Shown: positions 1 through 10,007 of the stretch, in pieces
Layout of the letters: every line of letters starts with the position of its first letter
How positions within the stretch are numbered: position 1 is the stretch's first letter
Assembly: GCA_044342325.1 (NCBI GenBank)
Contig: JBIIPZ010000024.1
Coordinates: 1 to 48,659, forward strand
Direction of reading: 5' to 3'
DNA length: 48,659 bases
Source: Terrimicrobiaceae bacterium
GTDB taxonomy: Bacteria; Verrucomicrobiota; Verrucomicrobiia; Chthoniobacterales; Terrimicrobiaceae
The notes under the pieces: model-generated
What the model was told of the DNA's origin: nothing
Seen by the model: only the letters and a program-made list of their open reading frames with translations
Databases searched by the model: none
Position numbers and translations under genes: made by a program

Positions 1-1
1 T

Positions 2-319
2 GACAAGCCCGCCTTTCGTCGGAAACTACAAACGCTGCACAACCCAAAACTGAGCAAAAACGCCATGTCACTCGCCGAACAATTCCGCCAAGAAGGTCGC
101 CAAGAAGGTCGCCAAGAAGGTCGTCAGGAAGGTCGTCAGGAAGGTCTGATCTTCTCAAAGCAACAAGACATCCTCGAAGCGTTGGAAATCCGGTTCCAGC
201 GGGTGCCAGAGGGGCTGCGTGAGGAAATCGAGTTGATCGCCGATACTGCCAAGCTACAAGAATTGCACCGCGCTGCAATCCGTAGCGCCACGCTCGAAGA
301 ATTCGCTGCAGAGCTTTAA
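2..319 (+). CDS. 3' part of an Rpn/YhgA-like (recombination-promoting nuclease/putative transposase) protein, truncated by the window edge
   Basis: The frame is open from position 2 (DKPAFRRKLQTLHNPKLSKNA-MSLAEQFRQEGRQEG...). The M-S/T-L/I-A-E..RQEG motif with QEG repeats and the L..RF..VP...I tail are typical of Rpn-family C-termini. Confidence 0.7.
   Translation, partial: DKPAFRRKLQTLHNPKLSKNAMSLAEQFRQEGRQEGRQEGRQEGRQEGLIFSKQQDILEALEIRFQRVPEGLREEIELIADTAKLQELHRAAIRSATLEEFAAEL
86..145 (+). repeat. Coding tandem repeat, 5 x 12 bp (RQEG)
   Basis: CGCCAAGAAGGT x3 followed by CGTCAGGAAGGT x2. Confidence 0.95.
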
Positions 320-324
320 AGCCG

Positions 325-572
325 GGAGGGCCATCCTCCGGCATGGCCCAAATATTCCCACGAAAGCTGCCGAATCACTCCCGGAACTTCTCTGCCCAAA
401 AAACTCCCGATCCACACCCGGCACCAGCGCGGTCGAGACGACCATGCCTCTCCCGGACGCCGCTTCTCTCCAGCCCAGGGCGCTACGAGCCGGAAGCGTG
501 CCTGAAAAATGTGTCATGCGAGGACGATGAACCCTCCCTAGTTACGAATCGCGCGGCAGCGCGCCACTCCAC
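325..572. repeat. Cluster of degenerate GGAG-type REP-like palindromes
   Basis: GGAG-GGCCAT..ATGGCCC (~325-349); 428-454 reverse-complements to GGGAGAGGCATGGTCGTCTCGACCGCG, similar to 32591-32613; 549-572 reverse-complements to GGAGTG-GCGCG-CTGC-CGCGC. Confidence 0.5.
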
Positions 573-623
573 CTAAAAAATGATTTTGCTAACCATGACT
601 TTGTCAAACCACCCCCCCGCCCC

Positions 624-1528
624 TCAAACATTCCGGGCCAGCCGGAACCAAATCATGCCGTGTGGGTTTTCCGGGGTGCATGTGAAGCAGAAGTATGGGT
701 ATGGGGAACTGCCATTGATGTGTTTTCTACAGCCTCCGCGGATTCGGTGTGGTGTTCCGCTTCCTTCGGCGTCCCAGCACCATTCCCAATCGGTATCGCT
801 CATGAGGTGGACTCCAAGCTCCGCTCCCGAATGGCACAAGGGGTGATCCTCCGGTGCTTGGCCTTCCACCATGACACCTGCCGCGTTCGGCGCGCTGCCG
901 GTATTCGTCGAGGGGTTGTTTTGTGACAATGGTCCACCGCGTGCCGTCCATTCCCATTCAATGTGACTTGGCAATCTGTAGCCGTTGGCCTTGGCATTCA
1001 TGCTGATTTCGAAAGGTTCCACCGAGCCGTGCACCCTATGCCGGAGGGTCTCGCCTTTTGCTGAATACACCTGCTGAAAGCCTTCGTGTTCGCTCTTCGC
1101 ATTGCACCATTTGAGCGAATCGCTCCAGCTGACCTGCGCCACCGAAGTCCTGTTGGCGTGGAAGTAGCGGCATCTATCTCATAGCCGTGTGCCAATCCCC
1201 AAGCTCTCACCCACTCCCATTCCTCGACGAGCACAGGATATTTTCCGATTTCGAAGGAAGGCACCCGAGCGTCGGCAAATGCTGAATCGCTCGGCAAATT
1301 TCCTCCCGGCACCTCCAGCAGAACTGTGCCGTCCACTGTGAACTCGGATGGCCGCGCAAATGCCAGTAGCAATCTTTTCCTGTCACCCAGCTTGTTGATT
1401 CCCAATTTTTCCAGATCGCTGTCGTCTAGATAATTGATAATATCGTCCTTGACAGCTTGATCTGCAAAAAGAGGCATGAGGTGCTCGAGCTTTGTTTCCT
1501 CGAGGATCGCCTTGAGCCGGTTTTTCAT
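624..1528 (-). pseudogene. SAM domain + FGE-sulfatase-like domain protein, split by a 1-nt frameshift near 1143-1147 (pseudogene or sequencing error)
   Basis: ORF 998..1567 carries the SAM domain and the FGE N-part (true start ATG 1528). ORF 624..1142 continues with VSWSDSLKWCNAKSE...GYRLP...WEWCWD...FRLAR. Colinear with the paralog at 1533..2441. Confidence 0.8.
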
Positions 1529-1532
1529 CCCG

Positions 1533-2441
1533 TTATGACTGGGTGCTTCGGGCCAAGCGAAAACCAATGACGCCGTAGCGGGTTTCGGGACTTCGGCTTA
1601 TGCGGTAACACACCGTGCTTTCGCCTTCTTTGTTTCTCCAACTGCCCCCGCGTATGCGGTGCGCGTAGCCGCTCTCGTCGAGATCCCAGCACCATTCCCA
1701 CACATTTCCGCTCATGTCGTGAATCCCAAGCTCGTTCGCCGCCTTTTTGCCAACCGGCTGGACCGAGCCTGTCGAGTTTTCTTCATACCATCCGACATCC
1801 GTTGGAGTATTGCTGCCGCTAAATTTGTAGCCCTTGCTCAGAGGACCGCCGCGAGCCGCCCATTCCCACTCCGCCTCTGTGGGAAGGCGGTAACCATTCG
1901 CCCTCTCGTGTCTTGTGATGAGCCGTGATCCATCTGGGCCAAACTCGCCGCTTCGGTAAACTTTTCCCTCCATGTGGTAGACGGGTCGCAGTAGCTCATG
2001 TTCGCTCTTCGCGTTGCACCATTTGACCGCATCATACCAGCTCATGTGCGTGATGGGATGCCAACTGCCTTTGGCTTGGCCCGCTCCGAGTTCATAGCCG
2101 TTAGCCAATCCCCAGATGCGCACCCATTCCCACTCATCCTGCATCACGGGATACTTCCCGATTTCAAACTCCTCGACATGCAGTCCCGCCAGCTCCGAGT
2201 CTTCAGGTAGAATCCCGGCGCTGACGGTGATCATCACGGTGCCGCCGAGAGGCAGGTCGATATTGTAGGCAAAAGCGGCGAGTAGTCGCTTGCGGTCGCC
2301 CAGCTTGTGAATCCCGAGTTCCTTCAAGTCGGAGTCCGTCAACTTCGTCAAAATATCATCCGTGATGCCCTGCTCCGAAAAGCTCGGCAGCAAATGCTCC
2401 ATTTTCTCCGACTCTAGAATTGCGGTGAGTTCTTTGCCCAT
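1533..2441 (-). CDS. SAM (sterile alpha motif) domain + FGE-sulfatase/SUMF1-family (CLec-fold) protein
   Basis: N-terminal LLPSFSEQGITDDILTKLTDSDLKELGIHKLGDRKRLLAAF fits the SAM pattern. The C-part has GKYPV, SWYDAVKWCN, YRLPTEAEWEWAARGG, NELGIHDMSGNVWEWCWD, RGGSW and GFRLAR. Start placed at ATG 2441 by comparison with the paralog. Confidence 0.9.
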   Translation of the reverse strand: MGKELTAILESEKMEHLLPSFSEQGITDDILTKLTDSDLKELGIHKLGDRKRLLAAFAYNIDLPLGGTVMITVSAGILPEDSELAGLHVEEFEIGKYPVMQDEWEWVRIWGLANGYELGAGQAKGSWHPITHMSWYDAVKWCNAKSEHELLRPVYHMEGKVYRSGEFGPDGSRLITRHERANGYRLPTEAEWEWAARGGPLSKGYKFSGSNTPTDVGWYEENSTGSVQPVGKKAANELGIHDMSGNVWEWCWDLDESGYAHRIRGGSWRNKEGESTVCYRISRSPETRYGVIGFRLARSTQS

Positions 2442-2545
2442 GCCGGAAAATACCAAGCCTTCCCCCGCGTCAAAGGTGGGTATTCCCCGAATGAAAACAA
2501 GGAAGTCGCGGGGTAATACCAAAAGCTGAATGCTTTTAGACTTAC

Positions 2546-2605
2546 TGTAGCGGCGGTCTATGACCGCCGATGGTTAACTCCGACGCTCATAGAGACGCCG
2601 CTACA
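2546..2605. repeat. GTAG-type REP doublet (REPIN-like)
   Basis: TGTAGCGGCGGTCTATGACCGCCG...CGACGCTCATAGAGACGCCGCTACA: two inverted, GTAG-initiated palindromes. Confidence 0.8.
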
Positions 2606-2667
2606 ATTTAAAACGGCGCGCTAAAGTTGAAAACCTAATAGATACTGGTATAACCCTTCTGCCCCGA

Positions 2668-4932
<2,265 letters not shown>

Positions 4933-4994
4933 TCAAAGCAAACCACGCCGCTGATCGGATTGGGCAATGGCGGTTTGATCGAGAGGCTTTGCAC

Positions 4995-5033
4995 ACAAAA
5001 AAAGGCGGGGCATTGCTGCCCCGCCTTTTTTGT
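4995..5033. terminator. Intrinsic terminator downstream of fusA (bidirectional shape)
   Basis: AAAAAAAGGCGGGGCA-TTGC-TGCCCCGCCTTTTTT. Confidence 0.85.
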
Positions 5034-5048
5034 AAGGGTTGATTGAGT

Positions 5049-7205
5049 TTAGGCCTTCTGCTCGAGGATGGCTGCCTTGACCTGGGATGGGACTTCCTCG
5101 AAGTGCGAGGGTTCCATCGAGTAGGACGAGCGGCCTTTGGAGAGTGAGCGGATGGCGGTGGCGTATCCGAACATCTCGGCCAGAGGAACCTCGGCGTTGA
5201 TTGTGCAGAGGTTGCCTTTGGTTTCCATGCCTTGAATGCGGGCGCGGCGGCGGTTGAGGTCGCCCATGATGTCGCCTTGGAACTCGTCTGGAGTCACGTT
5301 TTCGACTTTCATGACTGGCTCGAGCAGGATCGGCTTGGCTTTTTTAAGGCCGTCCTTGAGCGCAAAGATTGCGGCCATCTTGAATGCCATTTCGTTCGAG
5401 TCCACGTCGTGGTAGGAGCCGTCGGTGATGTCCACATGCACATCGATGACGGGGTAGCCAGCGACGACGCCGTTGAGGACCGCTTCCTTGAAGCCTTTTT
5501 CGACAGCGGGAATGTATTCTTTGGGAATGGTGCCGCCGACGACTTTGTTATCGATCGTGAGACCTTTGCCGCGCTCGTTCGGGCGGACTTTGCAGACGAC
5601 ATGGCCGTATTGACCGCGACCGCCGGACTGCTTGACGAGTTTGCCTTCGCCTTCGGACTCGTTGAGGATGGTCTCCTTGTAGGCGATCTGCGGCTTGCCG
5701 GAGTTTGCTTCAACCTTGAATTCGCGCAACATGCGGTCGCGAATGATTTCGAGGTGGAGTTCGCCCATGCCAGCGATGATTGTTTGGCCGGTTTCCTCGT
5801 CTGTGAACACGCGGAAGGTCGGATCTTCTTCAGCAAGACGCTGAAGGGCGATGCCCATCTTTTCTTGATCCTGCTTGGTCTTTGGCTCGACGGCCATGGA
5901 GATAACGGGATCAGGGAACGATGGTGGTTCGAGGAGAATCGGATGATCCTCGTCGCAGAGCGTGTCACCGGTTGTGATGTTCTTGATACCCACAATGGCG
6001 GCGATATCACCCGAGTAGCAGGTGTCGATATCTTCGCGCTTGTCGGCCTGAATCTGGATGAGGCGGCTGATGCGCTCGCGCTTGTTTGTGCGTGGGTTGT
6101 AAACGGTGTCGCCTTTGGAGAGCTTGCCGGAGTAAACGCGGAAGAAAACGAGTTTTCCGACGAAAGGATCGCTCCATAGCTTGAAAGCGAGCGAGCAGAA
6201 CTTGGCGTGGTCGTTCGAGACGGCTTCCATCGGTTCGCCGTTGTCAGGGTTTTGACCCTTGGCTGGGGCAATGTCGAGAGGGCCGGGGAGGTAGTCCACC
6301 ACTGCGTCGACGAGGTATTGAACGCCTTTGTTTTTGAAGGCGGATCCACCGGCGACGGGCACGAATTTATTGGCAATCGTCTGGCGACGGATGGCTGCCT
6401 TGAGTTGCTGGATGCTGATGGGCTGCTCCTCGAGGAAGAGCATGCCGATTTCCTCGTCCAGGTCGCACATTTGCGAGACGAGGTCCTCGTAGGCGGATTG
6501 GGCGATATCTTTCAGATCTTCTGGGATTTCCTCGACCGTGTAGGTCGAACCCATCGCGTCGTTGTCATGGTAAATGACGACTTTCTGGTTGATGACGTCG
6601 ATTTGCCCTTTGAGGTAATCCTCTTTTCCAACGGGGATGAGGACTGGCCATGCGTTGGCGCCGAGTTTCTGGCGCATCGAGTTCACGGCATTGTTGAAAT
6701 CCGCGCCTGTGCGGTCCATTTTGTTCACGAAGGCGATGCGGGGCACACCATACTTGGTGGCTTGGCGCCAAACGGTTTCGGACTGGGGTTGCACGCCTGC
6801 CACGCCGCAGAATACGGCAATCGCTCCGTCGAGAACGCGGAGTGAGCGCTCGACTTCGGCCGTGAAGTCCACGTGGCCGGGAGTGTCGATAATGTTCACG
6901 CGCATCTTGATGCCTTCGTATGCCTTGTAGATGCCTTCCTCTGGGCGCTGCATCCACGAGCAGGTGGTAGCGGCAGAAGTGATCGTGATACCACGCTCAC
7001 GCTCTTGCTCCATCCAGTCGGTGACCGTTGTGCCCTCGTGCACTTCGCCGATCTTGTGGATCATTCCCGTGTAGAACAGGATACGCTCTGTAAGTGTGGT
7101 TTTGCCCGCGTCGATGTGGGCGGCGATACCAATGTTGCGTGTGCGCTCAAGCGGAAACGCGCGGTTCGGAGAGTTCGGGTTCGTGGAGTCGGTCGTGGCT
7201 GCCAT
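5049..7205 (-). CDS. fusA: Elongation factor G
   Basis: [45 protein letters not shown]; follows rpsL-rpsG. Confidence 0.99.
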   Translation of the reverse strand: MAATTDSTNPNSPNRAFPLERTRNIGIAAHIDAGKTTLTERILFYTGMIHKIGEVHEGTTVTDWMEQERERGITITSAATTCSWMQRPEEGIYKAYEGIKMRVNIIDTPGHVDFTAEVERSLRVLDGAIAVFCGVAGVQPQSETVWRQATKYGVPRIAFVNKMDRTGADFNNAVNSMRQKLGANAWPVLIPVGKEDYLKGQIDVINQKVVIYHDNDAMGSTYTVEEIPEDLKDIAQSAYEDLVSQMCDLDEEIGMLFLEEQPISIQQLKAAIRRQTIANKFVPVAGGSAFKNKGVQYLVDAVVDYLPGPLDIAPAKGQNPDNGEPMEAVSNDHAKFCSLAFKLWSDPFVGKLVFFRVYSGKLSKGDTVYNPRTNKRERISRLIQIQADKREDIDTCYSGDIAAIVGIKNITTGDTLCDEDHPILLEPPSFPDPVISMAVEPKTKQDQEKMGIALQRLAEEDPTFRVFTDEETGQTIIAGMGELHLEIIRDRMLREFKVEANSGKPQIAYKETILNESEGEGKLVKQSGGRGQYGHVVCKVRPNERGKGLTIDNKVVGGTIPKEYIPAVEKGFKEAVLNGVVAGYPVIDVHVDITDGSYHDVDSNEMAFKMAAIFALKDGLKKAKPILLEPVMKVENVTPDEFQGDIMGDLNRRRARIQGMETKGNLCTINAEVPLAEMFGYATAIRSLSKGRSSYSMEPSHFEEVPSQVKAAILEQKA

Positions 7206-7290
7206 AGGATCGTGTGAGGTTGTGTTTTTTAGATTGTAAGTGGGATTGTTTCGGGAGGGACCGCTTGAGGGTTGAAACCTTTCTCGCGGT

Positions 7291-7330
7291 AAAAAAAGAG
7301 GGCGGTTTTTTCCGGGGAAAAAACCGCCCT
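7291..7330 (-). terminator. Intrinsic terminator-like hairpin between rpsG and fusA
   Basis: Perfect 15-bp arms (7299-7313 / 7316-7330) followed on the minus strand by C-T7. Confidence 0.7.
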
Positions 7331-7341
7331 TCCGAAATTTG

Positions 7342-7815
7342 CTACCAGCGGAAGTGGGCGAAGGCGCGGTTGGCCTGTGCCATCTTGTGCATGTCGTCGC
7401 GCTTCTTGATCGCGTTGCCTTGACCAGCAGCGGCGTCTTTCAACTCGTAAGCGAGAGCATTTTCCATCGGAACTCCCTTGCGGTTGTTTGCAAAAGTCAC
7501 GAGCCAGCGCATGGCCAAAGCGACTTGGCGTCCAGCAGGGACTTCCATCGGCACTTGGTATGTCGAACCACCCACGCGGCGGGATTTGACTTCGAGGCGT
7601 GGCTTCACGTTCTCGATGGCTTTGTTGAGCGTTTCGAGAGGATCGACCGTATCAGTGCCCTCGCGGGTTTTGTCGATAGCGGTGTAAACGATTTTCTCGG
7701 CGATGGATTTCTTGCCGGACTGCATGACGCTGCTGATGAGGCTGGCGACGAGTGGGCTGGCGTAACGGGCGTCCTTTTTGACTTCCTTGTGAATGACTCT
7801 GCGGCGACGGGACAT
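7342..7815 (-). CDS. rpsG: 30S ribosomal protein S7
   Basis: [44 protein letters not shown]. Confidence 0.99.
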   Translation of the reverse strand: MSRRRRVIHKEVKKDARYASPLVASLISSVMQSGKKSIAEKIVYTAIDKTREGTDTVDPLETLNKAIENVKPRLEVKSRRVGGSTYQVPMEVPAGRQVALAMRWLVTFANNRKGVPMENALAYELKDAAAGQGNAIKKRDDMHKMAQANRAFAHFRW

Positions 7816-7854
7816 ATCTTATTGTATCTATTTAAAAATTTCGGTTCTTGGCGA

Positions 7855-8265
7855 TTACTTCTTCTTGCCCTTGGCTCCCTTGTCCTCTTGGCCTGGCTTC
7901 GGACGCTTGGCGCCGTATTTCGAGCGGCCGCGACGGCGACCATCAACCCCGAGGCTGTCGAGTGTTCCGCGAACGATGTGGTAACGAACGCCTGGAAGAT
8001 CCTTGACCTTGCCTCCGCGAACGAGAACGATCGAGTGCTCCTGGAGGTTGTGTCCCTCGCCGGGGATATAGGCGATGACTTCTTGGCCGTTTGTGAGGCG
8101 AACCTTGGCCACTTTGCGGAGAGCCGAGTTCGGCTTCTTCGGTGTGCGTGTCATCACCTGCACGCAGACGCCGCGACGCTGTGGGCAGTTTGCCAGGGCG
8201 GGCGACTTGGATTTGACTTTGATTTTTTGGCGTCCCTTGCGGACGAGTTGATTAATTGTGGGCAT
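7855..8265 (-). CDS. rpsL: 30S ribosomal protein S12
   Basis: [42 protein letters not shown]. Confidence 0.99.
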   Translation of the reverse strand: MPTINQLVRKGRQKIKVKSKSPALANCPQRRGVCVQVMTRTPKKPNSALRKVAKVRLTNGQEVIAYIPGEGHNLQEHSIVLVRGGKVKDLPGVRYHIVRGTLDSLGVDGRRRGRSKYGAKRPKPGQEDKGAKGKKK

Positions 8266-8360
8266 TCTAAATCTCGTTTTCTGACTCGCGTGATTCGATA
8301 GGATTTCCGTTGTCTGAATATTGACAATGGCACACCACCGACACCTTGCGGGAAGCGAGG

Positions 8361-8388
8361 AGGTTAGGGATCATTCCGCGTGTTGCAA
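8361..8388 (-). promoter_or_regulatory. Candidate sigma70 promoter of the rpsL operon
   Basis: Minus strand TTGCAA-N16-TAACCT, about 95 nt upstream of rpsL, preceded by a T tract. Confidence 0.45.
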
Positions 8389-8439
8389 GAGAAAAAAACA
8401 GATTTTTCAATGCCTTCGGATCATGTATTCCATGGGCCT

Positions 8440-8994
8440 ATGAAGAGGATTTCAGCAGGTTTAGTCATGGTGGTTTTGCTGTGCGGTTGCGCCGGTCCTG
8501 CGGTTTACAATCACGCTGGACCCGTCGTGGAGGCTGAGTCTTCCAAGCCCGGAGTAATTCTCGACGCCGAGGCCGAGCGGGAGGCGATCGGGCGCTTTGA
8601 CGCTTTCTTTGGCGATGTCACCGTTGAGAGCATTCGCTCGCAGATAGACGGCTTTTATGCGCCGGATGTTTATTTCAATGACACTCTGAAAACGCTGCGC
8701 GGTCGCCAAGCGGTGGAGGCTTACTTTCTTCGCATGCCCGAGCACACCGACTTTGTGCGGGGCAAAACACTCGATCATTCGCGATCCGGTGCGAATTACT
8801 ATGTCCGCTGGATTCTCGACGTGCGCTACAAGGGTGCGAAGGAAACAGTCAGCACTATGGGCATGACGCTTCTGCGTTTTGACAAGCAGGGTCGTGTCGT
8901 GCTGCACCAGGATTTCTGGGACTCCTCGGCCGGCTTCTACGAGCATCTGCCTGTGCTTGGCGGTGTGATGCGATGGATCAAGTCGAAAATCTAA
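8440..8994 (+). CDS. NTF2/SnoaL-like domain lipoprotein
   Basis: Signal peptide with lipobox LCGC; YAPDVYFND, G...V.AYF and G.V..HQDFWDS match SnoaL_2-type proteins. Confidence 0.8.
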   Translation: MKRISAGLVMVVLLCGCAGPAVYNHAGPVVEAESSKPGVILDAEAEREAIGRFDAFFGDVTVESIRSQIDGFYAPDVYFNDTLKTLRGRQAVEAYFLRMPEHTDFVRGKTLDHSRSGANYYVRWILDVRYKGAKETVSTMGMTLLRFDKQGRVVLHQDFWDSSAGFYEHLPVLGGVMRWIKSKI

Positions 8995-10007
8995 CGCTGC
9001 TGCCTGAAGTGCGCGGCAGGGCGCTGCGGAGCCTTTTCCAGAGTGGATCTCCGGTTCTCTCCCTCGCTCCGATGCAGGATATCACGGACCTTCCGTTCTG
9101 GCGTCTCATGTCCAAATACGGTGGTGCGGATTTGTATTTCACCGAGTTCTTCCGGGTCACTCCACACTATGTGCCGGAGAAAAACATTCTGCGTTCGATC
9201 CTCGAAAATCCCACCGGGCGTCCGGCTGTGGCGCAGATCATCGGCAATGATCTCGAGGCCATGGCAAGGACGGCGAAGGCGCTCGAGAAGCATCCTGTCG
9301 CAGCTATCGATCTCAACCTGGGATGTCCCGCGCCTGTCGTTTACCGCAAGTGTGCCGGAGGCGGGTTGCTGCGCGATCTGCCGAGGGTGGATGCCCTTCT
9401 CTGCGTCTTGCGTGATGCTGTGGAGGGGGCGTTCACGGTGAAGACGCGGATTGGATTCGAAAGCCCCGGCGAGTTTGATGCGCTGCTCGAGGTTTTTTCA
9501 AAACACCGACTCGATTTGCTCACGGTGCATGGCCGCACCGTAGCAGAAAAATATGGCCCGCATGTGCATCTGGACCGCATTGCCCAAGCTGTGCGCTCCC
9601 TGCCATTTCCTGTGCAGGCGAATGGCAATGTGATCTCTGCCGCCAGCGCAGTGGAAACGCTGCAGCAAACCGGCGCGGCGGGTCTGATGATCGGGCGCGG
9701 GGCGATTCGCAATCCTTGGATTTTTTCGCAGATTCGCGACCGCCTGGCCCGGCGTGAGGTGTCTTTGCCGACAGGTCGGCAGGTTCTGGACTATATCTCC
9801 GAGTTATATGAGGCCGTGTGCAGTCCAGGTGTTCCTGAAAAGGCCCAAGTTCAGAAAATGAAAAAATACATGAACTTTCTCGGCGAGGGATTGGAGACCT
9901 CGGAAGCCTTCCTACATGACATCCGCCGCTGCTCCACGCAGGATGAGTTTTTCGCCATTTGCTCGCGTCACCTTGACCACGAACTGGCGATGCCGCTTCA
10001 ACCGTAG
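8973..10007 (+). CDS. tRNA-dihydrouridine synthase family protein
   Basis: LAPMQDITD, IDLNLGCP, TVKTRIG, TVHGRT, NGNV, MIGRGAIRNPWIF. Exact start uncertain. Confidence 0.92.
   Translation: MDQVENLTLLPEVRGRALRSLFQSGSPVLSLAPMQDITDLPFWRLMSKYGGADLYFTEFFRVTPHYVPEKNILRSILENPTGRPAVAQIIGNDLEAMARTAKALEKHPVAAIDLNLGCPAPVVYRKCAGGGLLRDLPRVDALLCVLRDAVEGAFTVKTRIGFESPGEFDALLEVFSKHRLDLLTVHGRTVAEKYGPHVHLDRIAQAVRSLPFPVQANGNVISAASAVETLQQTGAAGLMIGRGAIRNPWIFSQIRDRLARREVSLPTGRQVLDYISELYEAVCSPGVPEKAQVQKMKKYMNFLGEGLETSEAFLHDIRRCSTQDEFFAICSRHLDHELAMPLQP

Noticed and set aside
86..145. CRISPR-like repeats
   Set aside because: These are contiguous 12-bp coding repeats without spacers, and there are no cas genes.
343..576. 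Short ORFs in the 320-620 gap
   Set aside because: No family motifs; the region is better explained by REP-like palindromes.
320..2660. Diversity-generating retroelement around the FGE/CLec genes
   Set aside because: No reverse transcriptase, Avd-like gene or adenine-variant template repeat was found in the window.
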